From Patescibacteria group bacterium (GTDB taxonomy: Bacteria > Patescibacteriota > Microgenomatia > UBA8517): 64,000 bases of DNA. The notes beneath the pieces are model-generated. The model saw only the letters and a list, made by a program, of their open reading frames with translations, made no database searches and was not told where the DNA came from. The translations under genes and the position numbers were made by a program. The DNA lies in the NCBI GenBank assembly GCA_026416845.1, contig JAOAEL010000005.1:229-64228 (forward strand). Direction: 5' to 3'. Below are positions 48,318-56,552 of the stretch, in pieces (the first letter of the stretch is position 1; every line of letters begins with the position of its first letter).

Positions 48318-48329
48318 GTAGATATTCTC

Positions 48330-50072
48330 CTAAATGGATATAGTCGTTTCGTTAGACGAAACAGAAACCACATTTGTATTGTTACTACTGCTATTTTTCT
48401 TTTTATCATTTCTAAAAATTTGCTTTAAATAATAAAAAAAAGAAACAACTTCTCTTGAGCCAACCAAAAAACAAAATAATAAATAAAAAATTATTCCAAA
48501 CAAACCAACCAAAAAAGTTAATACTAACAAACTATTTGCATACCTAGTATCTAAAACAAAAATCTCAAAAGGTATATTTTGTGCAATCTCAATTTTGCCC
48601 AAAAAAGACATCTTTTTAATCCACACTGACTTATCAAAAAATTTGAGCAGAAAAAACATTACAACACCAGAAAAAACACCTGCAATCAAAAGACGCAAAA
48701 TAGGAATGATATCAGAGAATTTGATCCCGCCAATTTTCTCAAACAAAAAAAAATAAAGAATAATAAACTGAAAGGTTATACAAAACGAATAAGAAGCAGC
48801 TAATCCCCAAATGCCCACACCTAAAATTTTAATTAAAAAGAAATTTACAAAAATAATGCCACAAATAGTAAAAATTGCAACAATAACAGGAGTTTTTGTA
48901 TCATGTAACGCATAAAATGCCCTAGACAAAAGAGCAATCCCTACTTGAGCCAAAATTCCCATGGCAAAAGCTGATAACACCAAACTTGTTTGATAAGTAG
49001 ATTGCCAATCAAAAAGCTCTCGTCCATAAACAATTCTTACAATTGGAACTCGAAGAACTATGATCATTACAACAAAAGGCAAAACCATAAATATAGAATG
49101 AACAAGTAATTGATTTACCGCTCTTCTAAACTTAAACAAATCATCCGAAAAATCTGATAGTACAGGCAAAGCAGCTTTTGCGATAGACAGACCAAATAAA
49201 CTAACTGGAATAGATTGCAATGTGTTTGCTAAATAAAAATGGGCATATGAAGAAACGGAAATAATCGAAGCTAAAAACAGCTCAATCATTTTTGAAGCTT
49301 GAATAAAAATTATTTCCAACAATCTAGGTATTGCAAGTTTGCCAATTTTTTTAACATCTTCATCAAAACAAATATTAAACCTAATCCTAAAACCCAAACT
49401 GATAGCAAGCGGTAGCTGAATTGCAAAATGTATCATTGCGCCGAACAAAGCCCCACAAGAAGAGGCGATTAGCCCATAATCCTGACCAAAAAAATAAGTA
49501 ATCAAAATAATACCTAAATTGTAAAAAACAGGCGCCAAAGCAGGTATCAAAAACTTTTTTAATGATTCTAATATTCCCGTTAAAACATAACTTGCGACAA
49601 AAAAAATCTGAGCAACCAACAATATTCGTGTTTGTTCAATAATAATTTGCCTCTGAACATCATCGTATCCAGGAGCAACAAATTTATATATGTTATCAGC
49701 AAAAATCATAATAAAAATTCCAATGAAAATTATTGCTGCCACTCCCAAATTCATAACTGTTGACGCAATGTTCCAAGCACGGTTCCTATCTTTTTTTACA
49801 GCTTTTGAAAAAACAGGTATAAAAGAAGAAGAAAAAGTACCAAAAACCAGAATTTCAAATAAAGTATCCGGTAATCTAAAAGCCGCAAAAAATAAAGAAA
49901 TTTCATCTGCTGTGAAAACTTGCAACAGGATGTTGTTTCTAAAAAGTCCAAGAATCTTTGAAAGAATTATTGTAAATATTATTATTCCAGCTGCAGAAAA
50001 AACTGTTTCTTGGGAAGAAAATAAAAAATCCTTAAATTCACAAAATAATTTACGCATTTTATAAATACACAT
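48330..50072 (-). CDS. murJ: Lipid II flippase MurJ (MviN)
   Basis: SKILGLFR, AAFRLPD, SSSFIPVF, APVFYNLGII, RAFYALHDTKTP; multi-TM. Confidence 0.93.
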   Translation of the reverse strand: MCIYKMRKLFCEFKDFLFSSQETVFSAAGIIIFTIILSKILGLFRNNILLQVFTADEISLFFAAFRLPDTLFEILVFGTFSSSFIPVFSKAVKKDRNRAWNIASTVMNLGVAAIIFIGIFIMIFADNIYKFVAPGYDDVQRQIIIEQTRILLVAQIFFVASYVLTGILESLKKFLIPALAPVFYNLGIILITYFFGQDYGLIASSCGALFGAMIHFAIQLPLAISLGFRIRFNICFDEDVKKIGKLAIPRLLEIIFIQASKMIELFLASIISVSSYAHFYLANTLQSIPVSLFGLSIAKAALPVLSDFSDDLFKFRRAVNQLLVHSIFMVLPFVVMIIVLRVPIVRIVYGRELFDWQSTYQTSLVLSAFAMGILAQVGIALLSRAFYALHDTKTPVIVAIFTICGIIFVNFFLIKILGVGIWGLAASYSFCITFQFIILYFFLFEKIGGIKFSDIIPILRLLIAGVFSGVVMFFLLKFFDKSVWIKKMSFLGKIEIAQNIPFEIFVLDTRYANSLLVLTFLVGLFGIIFYLLFCFLVGSREVVSFFYYLKQIFRNDKKKNSSSNNTNVVSVSSNETTISI

Positions 50073-50080
50073 AAATTTTG

Positions 50081-50131
50081 TTGATATTTTTACTTCTTTG
50101 AAATATACTTAGCATAATAGGCTATGCTAAG
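50081..50131 (+). promoter_or_regulatory. rpsT promoter overlapped by a 9 bp inverted repeat
   Basis: TTGATA(50081-50086)-17 bp-TATACT(50104-50109); CTTAGCATA-N6-TATGCTAAG at 50108-50131. Confidence 0.5.
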
Positions 50132-50274
50132 CTCTTTTAGGCTTGTTTAGCTTTAAGCAAGGCTTGAAAGTTTATATTCAAAAAAATTTGATTATTTTTT
50201 TTAATTTTAATGCAAAAAATTGTAAATCGCACCAAACCTAAGCATTATTAAAAGATAAAATAAAGTATCTATTT

Positions 50275-50508
50275 ATGCCAGTAACAAAAACAGCAAAACG
50301 AGCCCTTAGATCATCAAAAAGAAAAGCGAACCAAAATAAAAAAGCAATTGCCAAGCTAGAAATCGCAATTCGAGAAGCAAAAAAAACAAAAAAGCAAAAA
50401 GCTATATCATTGGTCTATTCATTAGCAGACAAAGCTGCTAAAAAACATATAATTAAAGTTAAAAAAGCAAACAGAATAAAATTCAAAATAGCAAAATATT
50501 TACAATAA
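50275..50508 (+). CDS. rpsT: 30S ribosomal protein S20
   Basis: MPVTKTAKRALRSS.R...N, SLADKAAKKHII..KKANR.K. Confidence 0.92.
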   Translation: MPVTKTAKRALRSSKRKANQNKKAIAKLEIAIREAKKTKKQKAISLVYSLADKAAKKHIIKVKKANRIKFKIAKYLQ

Positions 50509-50686
50509 ACCATTTTTGCACGCTCCATCAATTTGCTATTTAATTTAAATTAAAACAAAATTCAGTCTGAGCCACTTACTTTTGTTTCTTTCTTTTGGTA
50601 TATTGTTTTTTAAGATAAATTTAAAGTTAACATAACAAAAATAAGCAAATTCTATAACAAAATTTTTCTACGTTTACAAGGTTCAT

Positions 50687-51271
50687 ATGAATATAAATCC
50701 AACAAAAAAAAGAAAAAAGGGCGCTCAAATAAACCTTTTACCGAGTCAAGAATTTTCTCAAACAACCCTTGGAAGATTTTTAAATTGGATAACTTCAACT
50801 TTTAGGTTGATTGTTATTGTCACAGAACTCTTTGTCATGATAGCTTTTCTTTCTAGGTTCTGGCTAGATGCAAAAATAAACGATCAAAAAGATGAAATAA
50901 CAAACAAACAAGCTGCAATAAATCTGACAATGGATTTTGAAAGAGAGTTTAGAAATTTACAATACAAGCTAAAGCTTTACAAAGAAATAGAAAGTTCACT
51001 TCCTCCAATTTCAAATTGGCTAAATAACCTAACAACTAGTTTACCAACAGATGTATATCTAACATCTATTAACTATACAGAAAAAAACGGCCTTTCAATT
51101 CAAGGAATATCTGGCAACGAAATAAGCATTCAACAAACTTTGGCTAACATTAAAGCAAAAGACAATTTTGCCGGAGCATTCTTGTCAGAAATAAAAACAG
51201 GTGAAGAAAATTTTTCAGTTTTAAATTTTAAGATTTGGGCAATATCGCGATCAAACATAACAACAAACTAA
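50687..51271 (+). CDS. pilN: PilN-like type IV pilus alignment protein
   Basis: QINLLP motif, TM, coiled coil, LPTDVYLTSI...LSIQGIS. Confidence 0.8.
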   Translation: MNINPTKKRKKGAQINLLPSQEFSQTTLGRFLNWITSTFRLIVIVTELFVMIAFLSRFWLDAKINDQKDEITNKQAAINLTMDFEREFRNLQYKLKLYKEIESSLPPISNWLNNLTTSLPTDVYLTSINYTEKNGLSIQGISGNEISIQQTLANIKAKDNFAGAFLSEIKTGEENFSVLNFKIWAISRSNITTN

Positions 51272-51273
51272 AA

Positions 51274-51957
51274 ATGATACCTGTTTGGAAAAAAAACTAC
51301 CAAAGATACAAAGCCTATTTTTCGCACATTGTTGCACAATATAAAAACAGCGAAAGCTTTGCAAGCTATTTTGAAATAACACTGTCTTTAATCACAATCT
51401 GCATATTTGCAATTTTCGCGCTAAAACCAACTTTGTATACAATAGCAGAACTAATTAAACAAATAGATCAAAATACACAAACAATAAAAATGATGAACCA
51501 AAAAATTCAAGATATAACAAAAGCCCAAATTTTGTACGATAAAGAAAGATCTAAAATCACAATTTTTAATCAACTAATTCCAAACGGAGCACATCCGGAA
51601 ATCATAATTAGGCAAATTGAAAATTTATCAAGTAAAAACAATATACCTGTCAAAGTGAACATGGGACAAGCAAGCATTCTTGGAAAAATGATAAACCAGC
51701 CCAATAAAACAGATCTTATAAACATCAATCATGAAAATAAAGAAAGAAATTTATCATATATTGAAGTAACATTAACAGCATCAACACCTACAACAAACTA
51801 TCAGCAATTGTACAATTTTTTATCTGATCTTGAAAAGCAAAGATTGCCAATCATAATAAAACAATTTGATTTGACAATAACAAAAACAAAAGATAACAAT
51901 AATCTCTTACTGTTCATAAAAATGCAAGTTCCTTACTTACCTTTTTATGTAGAATAA
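51274..51957 (+). CDS. pilO: PilO-like type IV pilus alignment protein
   Basis: TM ending FALKP, coiled coil, LIP, YQQLYNFLSDLEKQRLPIII; directly after pilN. ATG 51274. Confidence 0.72.
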   Translation: MIPVWKKNYQRYKAYFSHIVAQYKNSESFASYFEITLSLITICIFAIFALKPTLYTIAELIKQIDQNTQTIKMMNQKIQDITKAQILYDKERSKITIFNQLIPNGAHPEIIIRQIENLSSKNNIPVKVNMGQASILGKMINQPNKTDLININHENKERNLSYIEVTLTASTPTTNYQQLYNFLSDLEKQRLPIIIKQFDLTITKTKDNNNLLLFIKMQVPYLPFYVE

Positions 51958-51964
51958 TTTAAAT

Positions 51965-52186
51965 ATGCTCAAACCTAAACCACCAAAAGTTGTTGTACTA
52001 ATCTTTCTAACCACAATAACAACCATATTTTGGGTATTTTATACAGTATATTCGATCATGACAAAAAATTTACCAATAAATATTCCACAAGAAATGTTAA
52101 ACACGGTAAATCCAAACTTAGACTTAGAAACACTAAATTCAATACAAGAAAAAATCTTTTACGATAAAGAACAACTTTCTTCTTAA
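51965..52186 (+). CDS. Small membrane-anchored protein at the pilP position
   Basis: 73 aa, one TM, 7 nt after pilO. Confidence 0.7.
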   Translation: MLKPKPPKVVVLIFLTTITTIFWVFYTVYSIMTKNLPINIPQEMLNTVNPNLDLETLNSIQEKIFYDKEQLSS

Positions 52187-52253
52187 AATAATATAATTGC
52201 TAGTAACAAAAACTTTTAAATATTGTATAAAATAATGTTAACAGTAAAAAACA

Positions 52254-52952
52254 ATGACAAAAAATAACCAACTAATCACTTTTCTAAGTGTCTTTTTGTT
52301 GTTATTTGGGATTGCATCAGGAATAACTCTTCTGCAACAAAAAACAATCTTCAGGCTTCGCGCAGATTCCAAAACTGAAATATCTGATTTTTGGATTACA
52401 AACGTAAAAAGTAATTCAGCGACTATAACTTGGCGAACAACAAATGTGTCAACTGGATTTGTAAAATGGAAGGAAAAAAATTCTAATTTCACAAAAATTG
52501 CTGTGCCAAAATCCAATCAACCCAAGCTTATAAATTCAGTTGAATTAGAACAGCTCAATCCTTCAACTTTGTATGAATTCTCAATATCAGTAAATAAAGA
52601 AAATTTTTTAAAAGAAAGTGCAACCTTAAACTTCAAAACTGCACAAGAAATTTCAGAAAAAGTTAAAAGCAAATTTATCAAAGGAAAAATTCTTTCAAAA
52701 CAAGGCGAACCAATCAAAGACGCGTTTATATTAGTAAAAGTATCTGGCAGCAATCCTTTATCCACAGTATCAGATAATCAAGGAATGTGGAGTATAGACA
52801 TTTCTCAAGCTTTGGCACAAAGCTTATCTAACTATATAAAAATCGATGATCAAAAAACTTTATTGGATATCCAAGTATACTTTAAAAATTTTTCAAAAAA
52901 CATTCAAACAACACCAAGCCAAGCACAAAACCTTAGCATTTTTTTAGATTAG
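52254..52952 (+). CDS. Membrane-anchored fibronectin type III plus carboxypeptidase-regulatory-like beta-sandwich protein
   Basis: TM, ITNVKSNSATITWRT...LNPSTLYEF (FN3), IKGKILSKQGEPIKDA...SDNQGMWSI. Confidence 0.75.
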   Translation: MTKNNQLITFLSVFLLLFGIASGITLLQQKTIFRLRADSKTEISDFWITNVKSNSATITWRTTNVSTGFVKWKEKNSNFTKIAVPKSNQPKLINSVELEQLNPSTLYEFSISVNKENFLKESATLNFKTAQEISEKVKSKFIKGKILSKQGEPIKDAFILVKVSGSNPLSTVSDNQGMWSIDISQALAQSLSNYIKIDDQKTLLDIQVYFKNFSKNIQTTPSQAQNLSIFLD

Positions 52953-53105
52953 TTGGATATTGACTTAAACCTAAACAAATAATTAATATGAACATGATAA
53001 ATAAGATTAATGCCTCTTTTAAATTTTATTACCTAAACAATAGTTAGTATGGCTAGCATATGTTAACAAATCATAAATAATAAAAAGCATTCTCATCTTG
53101 TTGTT

Positions 53106-53993
53106 ATGCAAAATAATCCTGTCCAAAATTCGAGCAAAAACAATGATAATTTAGATTTATCAGGTTCAGTATCAGTAAAAGATAACACCACAATTGATAA
53201 AATTAACAATTTTGAATTAAATACAAGCAACATAACTGCAAACACAAGTCCCCCACCATCACATTCAATAAACTTTCAAAGTATAACAAACTCTCCTCAC
53301 ACACCTCAAAAGTATGGAGGCAAGAAAGTAATTGCAACAATACTTGGACTGATAATTATGCTAGGATCAATAGGAACAATAGCTTTTTTAGTACAAAACC
53401 AACAGCTAAAAGTAGGAAGCGCATGGGATTGCTCCAAATACAATTTTCACGTTTCTCGTACAGGAGTTGTAACTGTGCAAAACGGCTCTAGATATAACGA
53501 AAGCGTACAAGATGCACAAGTTTATATAAATAACACTTTAGTATCAACATTTTCTGTGCCAGCTTTGACATCTGGACAAGGAGCAACTCTTGGTACTGTT
53601 AGTGTACCATCAAGACAGGGTTTTACATGGAAAGTGCATGGAACCATCGACTGCGAAGATGAGGGAAGCTATCATGCTGAAACCACACCATCTATTACAA
53701 TATCAGCATCTTGTAATAATGTTATCGCTTATGACAAAAATTGGCAGCAATTAAACAATCAACAGCTTTCGCAACTTAAAGCAGGAGACATTGTTAGATT
53801 TACTATAGGAGGAACAACAACATCTGGATCTTTTGATAAAGCAAGGTTCATAATAAACGGTGTCCAAAAACCAGAGACAACTAGCTTGAGACCTAACACG
53901 TCTGAATTTTACTACGAATATATAATCCCATCCGAAACAACAACTTTTGAGGTAAAAGCTGAAATTCATCATAGTCAATTAGGATGGTTATGA
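53106..53993 (+). CDS. Single-pass surface protein with a disordered N-terminus and Cys-paired beta-rich ectodomains
   Basis: Asn/Ser-rich N-terminus, TM VIATILGLIIMLGSIGTIAFLV, Thr/Gly-rich beta domains. Confidence 0.75.
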   Translation: MQNNPVQNSSKNNDNLDLSGSVSVKDNTTIDKINNFELNTSNITANTSPPPSHSINFQSITNSPHTPQKYGGKKVIATILGLIIMLGSIGTIAFLVQNQQLKVGSAWDCSKYNFHVSRTGVVTVQNGSRYNESVQDAQVYINNTLVSTFSVPALTSGQGATLGTVSVPSRQGFTWKVHGTIDCEDEGSYHAETTPSITISASCNNVIAYDKNWQQLNNQQLSQLKAGDIVRFTIGGTTTSGSFDKARFIINGVQKPETTSLRPNTSEFYYEYIIPSETTTFEVKAEIHHSQLGWL

Positions 53994-54838
53994 AAAGTGT
54001 TTTAATAAATAAGATTGTTACAATTCTCGTTGTATCAGCAACTATAATTTTATCGATTATAGCAATTTTTACTGCTATAAAATTGTATCAGTCAAGAAAT
54101 ACAGCTATTACTCCAACAACACCCGAAAAATCAAGTGCTCATACCGGACCGCTTGAGATAAAACCAAAATCAGGGAATTGGAATTATCCCGAAAGTTTTA
54201 TCGTTAAAAACAAGTCCGATAAGCTGGTTGATTTAGAGTGGTTTTTGGATTGTTGGGATGAATCTGTTTGTCAAGATAGCTCAGGAACGGAAAAACTTAA
54301 TCCAGGAGCAAGTATTGAAAAAGGATTGGGTTTGATTTGCGCAAAATGGCAGTTAGATTTAGAAATAAAAAGTTTAGGTGTATCATGGGGGGGAATTTCT
54401 GAGAAGAAAGAAGATTGCAACAATAACGTAGTTCGAAGGCAATGCGAAAAGCTAGTGTTTACAATCAGTACCATCACACTAACTCCAACACATACAAAGA
54501 CTCCAACATTAACACCAACTAAAACTAAGACTCCAACTCCGACACATACTGTAACTCCGACATTAACATTAACTAATACTCCAACTCCAACACATACAAC
54601 AACTGTTACAATTACTAACTCTCCAACTGCAACTCCCACTAACACCACTAGTCCAACACAAACTGTAACAGTTACATCCACTGCAACTCCAACAAACACA
54701 ATCGTTCAAAATACCACAACTGCCACACCAACTCCAACAAAAGCAGCTTTACCTGATGCCGGAACTCCAACGCTAACTTTGCTCATTGTTTCACTTGGTG
54801 TTTTCGTGCTTCTGTTTGCATTTATTTTAGCTTTATAA
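53990..54838 (+). CDS. Thr/Pro-rich surface protein with C-terminal LPDAG sorting signal
   Basis: N-terminal TM, Cys-containing domain, (TPT)n stalk, LPDAG (54749-54763) plus a C-terminal hydrophobic helix. ATG 53990 overlaps the upstream TGA. Confidence 0.8.
   Translation: MKSVLINKIVTILVVSATIILSIIAIFTAIKLYQSRNTAITPTTPEKSSAHTGPLEIKPKSGNWNYPESFIVKNKSDKLVDLEWFLDCWDESVCQDSSGTEKLNPGASIEKGLGLICAKWQLDLEIKSLGVSWGGISEKKEDCNNNVVRRQCEKLVFTISTITLTPTHTKTPTLTPTKTKTPTPTHTVTPTLTLTNTPTPTHTTTVTITNSPTATPTNTTSPTQTVTVTSTATPTNTIVQNTTTATPTPTKAALPDAGTPTLTLLIVSLGVFVLLFAFILAL
54470..54740 (+). repeat. Coding Thr/Pro low-complexity repeat (ACTCCAAC-type units)
   Basis: Repeated actccaac/acaccaac units encoding TPT.T.T. 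Confidence 0.85.
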
Positions 54839-54915
54839 TTTAATACAATTTTTTTCTCAAGAATAAATAATTTCGTGCAATACGTACTAAGTATTAATTC
54901 CTTGCTTCCAAAAGA

Positions 54916-56550
54916 ATGAGAGAAAAATTAATTAGCCATTTCAAAAGTAGAAAATTAGATTTGTTGGTTATTTTTTTCGCCTTTATTTTCTCCACCTTTT
55001 TGTATTGGAAAACTTTATACATCAAAGATAATCAAATGTTTATAGCAACAAAAGTTTGGAGCGATTTTGGAGCAACACTTCCTGTTGCCAGATCTTTTTC
55101 ATACGGCTTTAATTTCCCGCCACAATATCCACATTTCGCACACGAACCAATACGCTATCATTTTTTGTTTTATCTCTTTGTTGGATTATTGGAAAAATAT
55201 GGAATAAGATTAGATTATGCTCTCAACACCTTAAGCGCTATAGGGATGACTTTGTTAATATATTTTATTTACAAAGGCGGAGAAGTCTTATTTAAAAATA
55301 AAGTTATTGGGATTTTATCTTTGCTTTTTTTTATTTTCAACGGATCTTTTGGTTTTTTGGAATACTTCAAAGCCAATGGAATAAACATAAGCTCAATACT
55401 TCAAATTCCATCAAATCAAAATTTCACATCATTTGGCCCTTATGATGAGAAGATAGTTTCGGCTTTTTGGAGTCTAAACATCTACACAAATCAACGACAT
55501 CTGGCGCTTGGCTACGCAATATTTCTAGGAATATTTTTATATCTTTATCATCGAATAGTTAAACACAAATCAATCTCTTACAATGCGGCTTTAATAATCG
55601 GAATACTAGTTGGATTTATACCTTTTTTACATCTTGCTGTATATGCAATGATTGGAGTGGCAGTACTTTTATTTTTCCTCATTTTCAGTCACACAAGAAA
55701 ACAACTTTTTCTAATGGGTTTTGTAGCAATAATTTTGGCTCTGCCACAATTTATTTATATGGGAAGCTCCAGAGTAGAATCTGAATTGATAAAAATCGGT
55801 TATTTGGCAAAAAACATATCCGAAATACCTTACTATTGGTTACTCAATCTTGGACTTTTAATAGTTTTTATACCAATTGGATTTTTACTTGCAAACAAAA
55901 ATCAGAAAAAAGCATTTTTAGTTTTTCTGACCTTTTTTATAATTGCAAACACATTCAGATTGTCTCCTGAAATCGCCGCAAATCATAAGTTTATAAATAT
56001 GTTTGTAATCGGAATGAACTGGTTTCTAGCATTTTCAATAATTACACTATGGGGAAAATTTCTAATGTCTAAGCTAATCTTAACCATTTCAATACTTTTT
56101 TTAACATTAACAGGAATCATAGACTTATTCCCAATAATAAATGACAAATATGTAACTATCGACGATATACCCAAAAACAAAATCGCCAATTTCATAGACA
56201 AAAACACCACCAAAGATGCTATTTTTTTAAATTCTTCTTTCACTTTTCATCCCGCATTAATAGCAGGCAGGAAAATCTTTTTAGGTTGGCCATATTACGC
56301 ATGGTCAGCAGGATATGACACTGATCATAGGAACAAAATATTTACAAAAATGTACACTTCCACAAACAAGTTTGATTTTTGTAAAATGGCTATAGAAAAC
56401 AATATAGATTATGTAACAGTTGAAGATACAAAAGGAGATACAAATTTGCCCACCATAAACACAGAATTTTTTAAAAACAACTTCAAATTAATGTATGAAG
56501 ACATTAAAGAAAATTATTTTATCTTTTCCATAAAAGACAATTGTGCATAA
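54916..56550 (+). CDS. Multi-pass GT-C-like membrane glycosyltransferase
   Basis: TM, then a loop with WSD and YHFLF, about a dozen hydrophobic segments, and a C-terminal domain (ALIAGRKIFLGW...W.AG) resembling that of the next gene. Confidence 0.6.
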   Translation: MREKLISHFKSRKLDLLVIFFAFIFSTFLYWKTLYIKDNQMFIATKVWSDFGATLPVARSFSYGFNFPPQYPHFAHEPIRYHFLFYLFVGLLEKYGIRLDYALNTLSAIGMTLLIYFIYKGGEVLFKNKVIGILSLLFFIFNGSFGFLEYFKANGINISSILQIPSNQNFTSFGPYDEKIVSAFWSLNIYTNQRHLALGYAIFLGIFLYLYHRIVKHKSISYNAALIIGILVGFIPFLHLAVYAMIGVAVLLFFLIFSHTRKQLFLMGFVAIILALPQFIYMGSSRVESELIKIGYLAKNISEIPYYWLLNLGLLIVFIPIGFLLANKNQKKAFLVFLTFFIIANTFRLSPEIAANHKFINMFVIGMNWFLAFSIITLWGKFLMSKLILTISILFLTLTGIIDLFPIINDKYVTIDDIPKNKIANFIDKNTTKDAIFLNSSFTFHPALIAGRKIFLGWPYYAWSAGYDTDHRNKIFTKMYTSTNKFDFCKMAIENNIDYVTVEDTKGDTNLPTINTEFFKNNFKLMYEDIKENYFIFSIKDNCA

Positions 56551-56552
56551 AT

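Noticed and set aside
50109-50130. TTAGCA...TGCTAA as a third CIRCE
   Set aside because: The span is 22 bp rather than 27 bp, so the HrcA spacing is wrong; kept only as an unexplained palindrome.
50073-50274. Switch of coding strand from minus to plus as a possible replication origin
   Set aside because: No dnaA/dnaN and no DnaA-box cluster seen. By eye the plus strand stays A/C-rich on both sides, so there is no evident skew inversion; it looks like an ordinary divergent promoter region.
54271-54699. 142 aa Val/Gly-rich antisense ORF
   Set aside because: It is the mirror of the Thr/Pro codon repeat on the coding strand.
54470-54740. Repeat array as possible CRISPR or VNTR
   Set aside because: Units are short, degenerate and in frame, with no unique spacers and no cas genes; this is protein low complexity.
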